The notes beneath the pieces were generated by a model. It made no database searches, was not told the origin of the DNA, and was given only the letters and a program-made list of their open reading frames with translations. The position numbers were made by a program, and so were the translations under genes. Shown here piece after piece: positions 56,013 to 64,000 of a DNA stretch of 64,000 nt. Origin of the DNA: Candidatus Falkowbacteria bacterium (GTDB lineage: Bacteria; Patescibacteriota; Patescibacteriia; Patescibacteriales; UBA12465); assembly GCA_016432645.1 (NCBI GenBank), contig CP066698.1, positions 837,062-901,061 on the forward strand. Reading direction: 5' to 3'. Numbering within the stretch: position 1 is the stretch's first letter; every line of letters begins with the position of its first letter.

Positions 56013-57278
56013 GTGAAACCGCTTTCCATTATAAAATTAGTTGTTAAAAATTTACGGGCGCGTAAAGGGCGCACAATTTTAACGATTTTAGGTATTACCA
56101 TCGGCGTTGCCGGCGTTATTATTATTATGTCGCTTGGCGGCGGTGCTCAAAGCTTAATCTTGGGCCAGGTTACCAAGCTTGGTAGCAATTTACTCTATAT
56201 TATTCCAGGACGCGTAGCGGATAATGGAGCCCCGATACCCGGTCTAGTGATTACCAGTTTAGTAGAGAATGATGCCCAGGCTTTGCGTAATAAAGGCCGC
56301 TTGCCTTATGTCAGCGCTGTCGCCGCCTCTGTTTCCGGAACGGCGAATATTACTTGGAATAATAAGACAGTTGATACAACTTTTTCGGCTATTGATGAAG
56401 ACTATACCCGGGTTGTTGATTTTACCATGCAATCCGGACAATTTTTTAGCGCCGCGGAAGAAGATGGCGGCGCCAATGTCGTGGTTTTAGGCTCAGAAAT
56501 CAGCGATGAATTATTCAAAGACTCCGGCACAAATCCCATCGGCCAGGTTATAAAAATAAAGAGTGTGACTCAAAATGATGCCGGCGGCGTTCCTTTGCGG
56601 GTTATTGGCGTTATTGCCTCGCGCGGTTCTTCCTTTTTCCAGAATCAAGATAGATTGGTTTTTTTACCGCTGACTATCGGTCAAAATCAAATTTTAGGAA
56701 TTAACCATCTTAATTCCATCCAAATCAAGGTCAGTGATTCGGCGTACGTCGATGATACAATCGCCACCATTAAGACTGTTTTAAAGCAGCAGCATCATAT
56801 TTTAGACGAAGCTGATGTTGATTTTGAAATTCGCAATCAAGCCGAAGCAGTTAAGATTTTATCAACCATCACCGATGCCCTTAGTCTATTTTTAGTAGCC
56901 ATGGCCGGCATTTCTCTGGTTGTCGGCGGTATCGGCATTTTAAATATTATGGTCGCAACTGTGGGCGAAAGAACTAGGGAAATTGGATTACGAAAAGCGG
57001 TGGGAGCAACTAAAAAAGCCATCCGCAATCAATTTTTATTAGAAGCCGTTTTGCTTACCAGCTTGGGCGGTTTTATTGGAATTATTATTGGAGTACTAGT
57101 TTCTTATATAATTGCTCTGGTTATGCAAAAATTAGATTATGATTGGGCTTTTATAATTTCCGTTGGTTCTATTTTATTATCGGTCGGCGTTTCCGTTTTA
57201 ACTGGCATTGTTTTTGGCTTATTTCCGGCGATTAAAGCCGCTAAATTAGACCCAATTGACGCTTTAAGATACGAATAA
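56013..57278 (+). CDS. MacB-type ABC permease 1
   Basis: LTILGITIGV, GGIGILNIM..TV.ERTREIGLRKAVGA, LDPIDALRYE. Confidence 0.93.
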   Translation: MKPLSIIKLVVKNLRARKGRTILTILGITIGVAGVIIIMSLGGGAQSLILGQVTKLGSNLLYIIPGRVADNGAPIPGLVITSLVENDAQALRNKGRLPYVSAVAASVSGTANITWNNKTVDTTFSAIDEDYTRVVDFTMQSGQFFSAAEEDGGANVVVLGSEISDELFKDSGTNPIGQVIKIKSVTQNDAGGVPLRVIGVIASRGSSFFQNQDRLVFLPLTIGQNQILGINHLNSIQIKVSDSAYVDDTIATIKTVLKQQHHILDEADVDFEIRNQAEAVKILSTITDALSLFLVAMAGISLVVGGIGILNIMVATVGERTREIGLRKAVGATKKAIRNQFLLEAVLLTSLGGFIGIIIGVLVSYIIALVMQKLDYDWAFIISVGSILLSVGVSVLTGIVFGLFPAIKAAKLDPIDALRYE

Positions 57279-57280
57279 TT

Positions 57281-58516
57281 ATGTTAAATGCTATTCAACA
57301 AGCCCTTAAAGCATTGCTGTCCAACAAGGGCCGGACTTTTTTGACCACCCTGGGAATTATGATTGGCATCGCGACCGTAATTTTAGTGTTATCGGCCGGC
57401 GCCGGTTTTCGTGAATTGATTAATAAAGAAATTGATACTTTCGGCACCAATACTCTTTATATCCAAACCAGAGTTCCTTCTAAAAATAAAAATAATAGTC
57501 CTCGAGACGAAGTGAGTTCCGGCATTACTATCACCAGCTTTAAGCAGCGCGATCTGGACGATATTGAGAAGCTCGCTAATGTGGCTAATAGTTATGGCAT
57601 GGTTTTGGGCCAGGCGGCCGCCAGTTATCGTAATAATAATAAAACGGCTATTTACGTTGGCACTTCGGCGAGCATGTTCGAAATTGATAAAAATGAATTG
57701 CGGGCGGGACGACCGTTTACCGCCGCTGAAGATAGCAGTGGCGCGCAAGTGGTTGTTATCGGTGATAAAATTGCCACGGCCTTATTCAAACAAGACGATC
57801 CTCTGGGGAAATTAATACGCGTCGGTTCCTTAAATTTTCAAGTAATTGGCGTTTATGCGCCGTCTAGCGGTATCAGCGGCGGGAACGACGATTATATATT
57901 TATGCCGCTGGTCACAGCTCAGAAAAAAATGCTGGGAATAAATTATTTATTGCAGGGCGTAGTGCAGCTAAAAGATAACAATTTCAGCGACGTGACTTCT
58001 GAAGAAATTAAAAATATTATGCGGCGCAACCATAATATTACCGACCCGGAAAAGGAAGACTTTGAGGTCATGACTCAAGAACAAATAATGGATATCATTA
58101 ACACTATTTTTGATAGTATAACCATCTTGCTAATTGCAATTGCCGCGATTTCTTTAATTGTCGGCGGCGTGGGAATTATGAATATTATGTATGTCGTGGT
58201 TACCGAAAGAACGGCAGAAATCGGTTTGCGTAAAGCGCTGGGCGCCAAAAATTCTAATATCTTACAAGAATTTTTAGTGGAGGCGGTGATCGTTACGATT
58301 ATCGGCGGGATTATTGGTATTTTGTTCGGCGCCTTTTTAACTTGGGTGCTCACGGCCGTCGCTACGGCTAACGGCTTGGCCTGGAGTTTTGTGTTGCCGC
58401 TATATGCTATTGGAATAGGTTTTGGCGTTTCGGCGATTATTGGCATTAGCTTCGGCGTCTTTCCAGCAGTCAATGCATCTAAAATGGATCCGATTGAGGC
58501 TTTAAGGCACGAATAA
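57281..58516 (+). CDS. MacB-type ABC permease 2
   Basis: LTTLGIMIGI, GGVGIMNIM...ERTAEIGLRKALGA, MDPIEALRHE. Confidence 0.93.
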   Translation: MLNAIQQALKALLSNKGRTFLTTLGIMIGIATVILVLSAGAGFRELINKEIDTFGTNTLYIQTRVPSKNKNNSPRDEVSSGITITSFKQRDLDDIEKLANVANSYGMVLGQAAASYRNNNKTAIYVGTSASMFEIDKNELRAGRPFTAAEDSSGAQVVVIGDKIATALFKQDDPLGKLIRVGSLNFQVIGVYAPSSGISGGNDDYIFMPLVTAQKKMLGINYLLQGVVQLKDNNFSDVTSEEIKNIMRRNHNITDPEKEDFEVMTQEQIMDIINTIFDSITILLIAIAAISLIVGGVGIMNIMYVVVTERTAEIGLRKALGAKNSNILQEFLVEAVIVTIIGGIIGILFGAFLTWVLTAVATANGLAWSFVLPLYAIGIGFGVSAIIGISFGVFPAVNASKMDPIEALRHE

Positions 58517-58527
58517 TCTAAATATTT

Positions 58528-58965
58528 ATGAATGATGGGCGACAAAAATTATTGCAAGAATTGATTCAGAAATTAACTGAAGTTTTTCAGTCTACCCATA
58601 AAGACCATTGTTTTTCTTTTGACGGCCTAGCCCTGCGCCGGCAAGAAATGATGATTTTATTTTTTATCAATGAAAAAAAAGGCCAAGCATCAGTTAAGGA
58701 AATTGCTAATTTTCTCAACGTTACTTCGGGAGCTGTCACGCAGTTTACCGACGGTTTAGTGGAAAAGAAACTGGTAGAAAGAACACCCGGTTTAATTGAT
58801 AGGCGCCAGGTGAACATTAAGCTAATGCCGCATGTTAAAAGTGATTTTAGCCATTTTAAAGAAAGATATTTAGAGTCAATTAGCCAATCGTTTTCTATTC
58901 TTAGCGATGTTGAATTGCGGCAATTGATTAAGCTCTTGGAAAAAGTGGGTAGAGCTATTCGTTGA
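58528..58965 (+). CDS. MarR-family transcriptional regulator
   Basis: EIANFLNVTSGAVTQFTDGLVEKKLVER...DRR. Confidence 0.9.
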   Translation: MNDGRQKLLQELIQKLTEVFQSTHKDHCFSFDGLALRRQEMMILFFINEKKGQASVKEIANFLNVTSGAVTQFTDGLVEKKLVERTPGLIDRRQVNIKLMPHVKSDFSHFKERYLESISQSFSILSDVELRQLIKLLEKVGRAIR

Positions 58966-59062
58966 TTAAACAACGGGAATATCGGCGGAAAAAATTAAAT
59001 TAGATAGTTAAAGGCTCCATTGAGTCTTTTTTGTTGACTTTTTTATTTTTAAGTTATATGAT

Positions 59063-59084
59063 TAATGCAACAATGTTGCAATTA
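59063..59084 (+). promoter_or_regulatory. Palindromic Fur-family (Zur-like) operator
   Basis: TAATGCAAC-AAT-GTTGCAATTA immediately before the regulator ATG; TTGACT -35 at 59034. Confidence 0.65.
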
Positions 59085-59503
59085 TGAATAAAGAAAATAT
59101 TTATCAAAATATTCGCAATCAGGGCGGGCGTTTAACCAGATTACGCAAGGGGATTGTTCAAATTTTGTTGGCAGAAGACTGTTTACTTTCCTCGGCTAAG
59201 TTATTGTCGCGGCTAAATAAATCAAATCTAACTCCAAATCGCTCCACGATTTTTAGGGAATTATTATTTTTGACTAATAATCAAATCATTTTGAAAAATA
59301 ATATTTCCGGCGTTGATTATTACGAAATCCCTTGCGATAAGCATCATCATCATTTGGTCTGTTTGAAATGCCATGCGATAAGCAAGGTGGAGCTCGCCGA
59401 TCAACTGCAAAAGCAGGAGAAAAAAATTGCCAAACAAAATAAATTTAAAGTTATTAATCATTCTTTGGAATTTTATGGCTATTGTCGGAAATGCCAAGTT
59501 TAA
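59084..59503 (+). CDS. zur: Fur-family regulator, likely Zur
   Basis: STIFR.L, HHHHLVCLKC, LEFYGYCRKC; heads a znu-type operon. Confidence 0.8.
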   Translation: MNKENIYQNIRNQGGRLTRLRKGIVQILLAEDCLLSSAKLLSRLNKSNLTPNRSTIFRELLFLTNNQIILKNNISGVDYYEIPCDKHHHHLVCLKCHAISKVELADQLQKQEKKIAKQNKFKVINHSLEFYGYCRKCQV

Positions 59504-59507
59504 ATAT

Positions 59508-60440
59508 ATGAAAAAAATTATTTTAGTGGTCAGCTTGTTAATAATTGTTTTTGCCGGCTTATATCTCGCGGCTAATTACCAGCGCTCGCCTCGGACCGGC
59601 AGGGAAAAGCTGGCCGTGGTCACTACTATTTTCCCTTTGTATGATTTTGCCAAAGCAATCGGCGGTGATCGGGCAGAAGTTTCTTTACTTCTGCCTCCAG
59701 GCGTAGAATCTCATAGCTTTGAGCCGAAGCCAAGCGATGTCGCTGAAATTAATATGGCCGACATTTTTATTTATACCGGTAGTTTTATGGAGCCCTGGGC
59801 AGAGGATATTATTCAAGGTACCGATAAACAAAATTTAGAAGTAGTGGATGCCAGTAATGGCATTACCTTAATTCCTGGGGTTTTTCATGATGAGGATGAG
59901 CCGGCCGGCTCCAATGACCCACATATCTGGCTTGATTTTACTAATGATCAGCAAATTATCCAGACAATTACGGCCGCTTTTAGCGCCCAGGATCCGAAAA
60001 ATGCCACTTATTATGAAGCACGCGCTGTCACTTATCAAGAATCTTTAAAAACGCTAGATTCGCAATATCAAACCACGCTGGCTAATTGCGCCTCTCGAGA
60101 GGTTGTTTATGGCGGGCACTATGCCTTTGGTTATTTAGCGCGACGCTATAATTTAGAATACTTAGCGGCGCAAGGAGTTTCTCCGGATGCTGAACCGACT
60201 GCTCAGGATTTAATAAATTTAGTAGATCAGATAAAAAATAATAATATTAAATACGTTTTTTATGAAGAGCTGAGTTCGCCTAAGGTGGCCGAAACCATTG
60301 CTCAAGAAACGGACACTAAGATGTTGTTGCTAAATGCCGCTCATAATCTTAGCCGTGAAGATTTAGCGGCCAGCAAAACCTTTTTGCAAGTTATGGAAGA
60401 AAATTTAAATAATTTAAAAACTGGCTTGCGGTGTAATTAA
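59508..60440 (+). CDS. znuA: Zn/Mn ABC transporter substrate-binding protein
   Basis: ESHSFEP, DPHIWL, GHYAFGY, FYEE; start at ATG 59508. Confidence 0.88.
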   Translation: MKKIILVVSLLIIVFAGLYLAANYQRSPRTGREKLAVVTTIFPLYDFAKAIGGDRAEVSLLLPPGVESHSFEPKPSDVAEINMADIFIYTGSFMEPWAEDIIQGTDKQNLEVVDASNGITLIPGVFHDEDEPAGSNDPHIWLDFTNDQQIIQTITAAFSAQDPKNATYYEARAVTYQESLKTLDSQYQTTLANCASREVVYGGHYAFGYLARRYNLEYLAAQGVSPDAEPTAQDLINLVDQIKNNNIKYVFYEELSSPKVAETIAQETDTKMLLLNAAHNLSREDLAASKTFLQVMEENLNNLKTGLRCN

Positions 60441-60446
60441 TTTTTT

Positions 60447-61199
60447 ATGTCATTGATCATCGAAGCAAAAAATATTTCCGTAAATTATGGATCAAGCGAG
60501 GTTTTAAAAAACATTTCCTTTGGTATTGAAAAAGGAGATTTTGTGGGCTTGGCTGGTTCTAACGGTGCTGGCAAAACGACTTTGGTTAAGGCACTTTTAG
60601 GTCTTTTACCGCTGACTACTGGAAAAATAGAATTATTTGGAGAAAACGAAGAACGCTTTAATGATTGGCAGAAAATTGGCTATTTGCCGCAAAAGTTTTC
60701 GACAATTAACGTTCTTTTTCCAGCAACCGTTGAAGAAGTTATCGCTTTGGGATTATTATCTACTAAAAAATTTCCCAAAAGAATTACAGCGGCTGACCGT
60801 AAAAAGACTAAGGCGTTGATGACGGAGTTGGGAATTACCGAACAAGCCAAAAAAATGCTGTCGGAGCTTTCCGGCGGCCAACAACAAAAAGTTCTTTTAG
60901 GACGCGCCTTAATCTCCGAGCCGGAAGTTTTAATTTTTGATGAACCATCAACTGCGCTGGACCCAAATTCCCGGGATTCGTTTTTTAAGTTGTTACAGAC
61001 TTTAAATAAAGAAAAGGGGATAACTATTATTTTGATAACCCATGACACTGGTTATATCGGCAAATATGCTAATAAACTTCTATATATTGATAGAGAATTG
61101 ATTTATTTCGGAAAATTTTCGGAATTTTGCGCCGACAAGCAAATGAAATCTTATTTTGGCGAACATGAACAGCATATAATTTGCCACCAACACGACTAA
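60447..61199 (+). CDS. znuC: Metal ABC transporter ATPase
   Basis: GSNGAGKT, IGYLPQ, LSGGQQQ, DEP, His-rich tail. Confidence 0.88.
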   Translation: MSLIIEAKNISVNYGSSEVLKNISFGIEKGDFVGLAGSNGAGKTTLVKALLGLLPLTTGKIELFGENEERFNDWQKIGYLPQKFSTINVLFPATVEEVIALGLLSTKKFPKRITAADRKKTKALMTELGITEQAKKMLSELSGGQQQKVLLGRALISEPEVLIFDEPSTALDPNSRDSFFKLLQTLNKEKGITIILITHDTGYIGKYANKLLYIDRELIYFGKFSEFCADKQMKSYFGEHEQHIICHQHD

Positions 61200-61200
61200 T

Positions 61201-62007
61201 ATGGAAATCCTTAATTTTTTACAATATTCATTTATTCAGAGGGCTTTTGTGGCCGGAGTTTTTGTGGCCGTTATTTGTTCGGCTTTAGGTCTATTCTTGG
61301 TTTTAAGAAAAATGTCTTTGATTGGCGACGGCTTGTCTCATGTTAGTTTCGGGGCAATCGCCCTGGGTTTATTTTTTGGAATTTATCCTTTCTATATCGC
61401 AATTCCTTTGGTGATTTTGGCCTCCGTCTTGATTTTAAAAATAAGTGAAAAAGCTCAAATATACGGAGATGCAGCGATTGGCATTGTTTCCGCCGTCGGC
61501 ATTTCTGGTGGCGTTATTCTAGCTAGCCTATCAAGTGGTTTTAATGTTGATCTTTTTAGTTACCTTTTTGGTAATATTTTGGCCATTAGCCAGGCCGAGG
61601 TTATCTCATCAGCTTTGCTATCCATCATTGTTATGGCGGTTATCTACTTTTTTTATTGGGATTTATTTTCCGCTACTTTTGATGAAGAATATGCTAAGAC
61701 TACTGGAGTTAAAACAGCTTTTATTAATAATTTATTGACCGTTTTAACGGCAGTAACCGTTGTTTTATCTATTAGAATGGTGGGGGTAATGCTGGTTTCG
61801 GCTTTGTTAATATTGCCGGCGGTAACTGCTTTGCAATTATCGCGCGGCTTCAAAACAGCGATGACAATTGGCGCCGCCGCCTCTTTGCTGTCAGTAATTT
61901 TAGGTATCAGCTTTTCATTTTTCTTAGATTTGCCTACCGGAGCTACAATTGTTATGATTAATGTAGCATTCTTTGGTTTGGCATTTGTTTATAAGAAGAT
62001 TGCTTAA
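61201..62007 (+). CDS. znuB: Metal ABC transporter permease
   Basis: GDGLSHVSFG, YLFGNIL, VG..LVSALL.LP. Confidence 0.9.
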   Translation: MEILNFLQYSFIQRAFVAGVFVAVICSALGLFLVLRKMSLIGDGLSHVSFGAIALGLFFGIYPFYIAIPLVILASVLILKISEKAQIYGDAAIGIVSAVGISGGVILASLSSGFNVDLFSYLFGNILAISQAEVISSALLSIIVMAVIYFFYWDLFSATFDEEYAKTTGVKTAFINNLLTVLTAVTVVLSIRMVGVMLVSALLILPAVTALQLSRGFKTAMTIGAAASLLSVILGISFSFFLDLPTGATIVMINVAFFGLAFVYKKIA

Positions 62008-62017
62008 TTCTATTAAT

Positions 62018-62776
62018 ATGAAAAGAAGAAGCTTGGAGAAAATTATCTTAATTATTCTCGGGCCGCTTAGCTTGTTGGCTGTTTATTTTTTTATTGCTAA
62101 TTGGTTTTTTTATCATCAGATAGAAATTTCTAGATTACAGGTTGTTGATTTAAAGCATAAATATATTTTTAACGAAACGGCCGCGACTTCTTCAGAGATT
62201 ATTTATGCCGCCCTAGGAGATAGTTTGACTGCCGGTGTCGGCGCAGTTGATTATGAGCAGTCTTATCCGTATCTGGTCGCCAAAAAAATTGCCGGCCAAG
62301 AAACTAAAGTTACGCATCTAAATTTTTCTTACCCAGGTTATAAGACCTACGATTTAATTAGGGACATGTTGCCGGAAGCTATTGCTAGCCAACCCGATGT
62401 CATTACTATTCTGATTGGCGTTAATGATGTTCATAATAATGATAATCGTCAGCAATTCAAACGTAATTATGAAGATATCTTACAGCAGTTAAGTACTAAA
62501 ACTGACGCCAAAATCAATGTTGTCAGTATTCCGCTTATTGGCTCTAAATATTCTTTATGGCCCGGTTATCGAGTTTATTATTATTCCAAGAGCCTAATTT
62601 TTAATCAGATTATTCGGGAGCTAGCTGATAAATATCAAATTAATTATATTGATTTAACAAATTCCACCAGACAATATTCGCTTACCCCTGGTTATTATGC
62701 CGTTGACGGTTTTCATCCGGCTGGCTTGGGTTATCAGTATTGGTCTCAAATAATTTATGATCATCTCGATAAATAA
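62018..62776 (+). CDS. Membrane-anchored SGNH/GDSL hydrolase or acyltransferase
   Basis: GDSL, PG, GVND, DGFHP blocks; N-terminal TM. Confidence 0.9.
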   Translation: MKRRSLEKIILIILGPLSLLAVYFFIANWFFYHQIEISRLQVVDLKHKYIFNETAATSSEIIYAALGDSLTAGVGAVDYEQSYPYLVAKKIAGQETKVTHLNFSYPGYKTYDLIRDMLPEAIASQPDVITILIGVNDVHNNDNRQQFKRNYEDILQQLSTKTDAKINVVSIPLIGSKYSLWPGYRVYYYSKSLIFNQIIRELADKYQINYIDLTNSTRQYSLTPGYYAVDGFHPAGLGYQYWSQIIYDHLDK

Positions 62777-63860
62777 TGCCGTTTTGGCCACTCAAATTTT
62801 TTCGGCTATTTTTGTAGCCCTATTACTGCTATCAATCCGTCGTCAGAAGGGTTTTGCCGGCCTATCGGTGGCCGTGACTCAAGAGTTGAAGGGCTTTGCG
62901 ATTCTCGCCATCGTTCTTTCCCATATCGGCTACTTTTTAGTTTCTGACCATCGTTTTTTGTTCCCACTAACCATTGCTGCCGGGCTGGGGGTTAATTTGT
63001 TTTTATTTTTATCAGGTTATGGAATTGCTACGAGTGCTATTTCTAAGCCGTTGTCGGTTTGGCAATTTTATCGTCATCGCTTATTGAAAATTTATACGCC
63101 TTTTTGGATAGTAGTGGTTATTTTTTTCGCTTTAGATTTTTTAATCGGCCATAAAACCTATGGGCTGGGGTATATGTTCCAGTCAATTATCGGCTTTTTT
63201 CCGCACGCCGATCTCTGGACAGACCTAAACTCCCCGCTTTGGTATTTTACCCTGATTATTTTTTACTATTTATTATTTCCCTTGGTATTTTTTAGAAAAT
63301 ACCCCTGTCCTTCAGCGGTAATTCTTTATTTAGCTGGTTATTTAATCGTCCGCGCCGAGCCGTCTATTTTAGATAATGTAATGCATCTATATCGAATCCA
63401 TTTATTTGCGTTCCCTCTGGGAGTGTTAGCCGCCGGTTTAGTGTCTAAATATCCAGGTAGCCGCCCTCAGTTAGTTATCCAAAAACTAACGGAAAAATTT
63501 AAGGACTATAAATTAGCAAATAAAATTGGCTACTGGTTGTTAATGATATTTTTTTCATGGTTATTCGTTTATGCCATGCGTCATTCTAGTATTGGCGGCG
63601 AGCGTTGGCTGGAAGAGGCGACTAGTTTATTGACGGGGGCAATTTTGATTATTTTATTTTTAATCAAGAAGTTTGAAATCAAATTTTTTTATTGGTTCGG
63701 CTTTTTTTCCTACGAAATTTATTTATTTCATTGGCCGCTTATGGCGCGCTTTGATATCTTTTACTGCTTTACGCCCGCTTGGCTGGCTACTCTCTTGTAT
63801 TTGGGGCTATTCTTGTTATTAGGTTGGGGAATGCGGAAGCTATTATCAAAATCTAAATAA
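62757..63860 (+). CDS. Acyltransferase-3 (OafA-like) membrane protein
   Basis: LKGFAILAIVLSH, GVNLFLFLSGYG, RLLKIY, LWY, SYEIYLFH. Confidence 0.9.
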   Translation: MIISINNAVLATQIFSAIFVALLLLSIRRQKGFAGLSVAVTQELKGFAILAIVLSHIGYFLVSDHRFLFPLTIAAGLGVNLFLFLSGYGIATSAISKPLSVWQFYRHRLLKIYTPFWIVVVIFFALDFLIGHKTYGLGYMFQSIIGFFPHADLWTDLNSPLWYFTLIIFYYLLFPLVFFRKYPCPSAVILYLAGYLIVRAEPSILDNVMHLYRIHLFAFPLGVLAAGLVSKYPGSRPQLVIQKLTEKFKDYKLANKIGYWLLMIFFSWLFVYAMRHSSIGGERWLEEATSLLTGAILIILFLIKKFEIKFFYWFGFFSYEIYLFHWPLMARFDIFYCFTPAWLATLLYLGLFLLLGWGMRKLLSKSK

Positions 63861-63906
63861 AAAAGGACCTTTTTAGGGGTCCTGGGTATTTTTTCTATGA
63901 TTGGCT

Positions 63907-63999
63907 TTATATTTTGCCCTTCAGAAAATAATAGATAATAACCAGAAATTCTCTGATTATAAATCGTAAGCGACTGCGCGTCCATGGTTGAACCGATTC
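63907..63999 (-). CDS. C-terminal fragment of a gene entering from the right, possibly YdcF/DUF218 family
   Basis: Minus-strand frame ESVQPWTRSRLRFIIREFLVIIYYFLKGKI*; the 'RE....YY...G.I' ending is typical of YdcF. A hairpin at about 63863-63882 lies between the convergent genes. Confidence 0.45.
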   Translation of the reverse strand, partial: ESVQPWTRSRLRFIIREFLVIIYYFLKGKI

Positions 64000-64000
64000 T

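Noticed and set aside
63761..63985. 74-aa minus-strand ORF from the track
   Set aside because: It overlaps the acyltransferase end and a hairpin. A different minus frame ending at 63907 looks more protein-like.
1..64000. Alternative genetic code (UGA=Gly, as in Gracilibacteria/Absconditabacteria)
   Set aside because: Conserved genes are full length under code 11, and TGA terminates genes such as nrdG, purF and marR at the expected places.

Overview
A 64-kb bacterial chromosome segment that looks like Patescibacteria/CPR (ABY1/Falkowbacteria-like is my inference). The evidence is genetic code 11, almost all genes on the + strand, AT-rich starts with no Shine-Dalgarno, giant Cys-rich pilin-domain surface proteins and an orphan VirD4-like ATPase. 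The left part (1-36.5 kb) holds a surface/adhesin cluster, then clpP, secDF, an O-antigen-ligase/TPR gene, pilD, ftsAZ, copA, nrdR-nrdD-(micro-nrdD)-nrdG, the VirD4-like ATPase, a DEDDh exonuclease, a GT2, ftsB, tRNA-Thr/Gly, an RlpA-DacA fusion and ftsEX. An AT-rich accessory region starts at tRNA-Gln(TTG) (36544). It opens with a GC-rich multi-hairpin element bounded by a copy of the tRNA 3' end. Five increasingly degenerate tRNA-3'-end repeats of two alternating types (A-B-A-B-A) then separate single-gene cassettes, with no integrase in the window. After these come a TspO/Gpx/DUF2177/DUF1295/ufaD-ufaO-ufaM-like lipid-modification cluster, two orphan phosphohistidine-swivel proteins, an M49-like peptidase, a methyltransferase and an orphan purF. 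The right end holds a MacAB-type exporter with MarR, Zur-znuACB and an SGNH + acyltransferase-3 pair. The strongest novelty candidates are the tRNA-Gln-anchored cassette array, the furan-fatty-acid-like cluster in a lineage that generally lacks fatty-acid synthesis, and a class III RNR whose glycyl-radical domain is a separate 46-aa gene missed by the ORF track. All family assignments come from reading motifs by eye; no database search was run.
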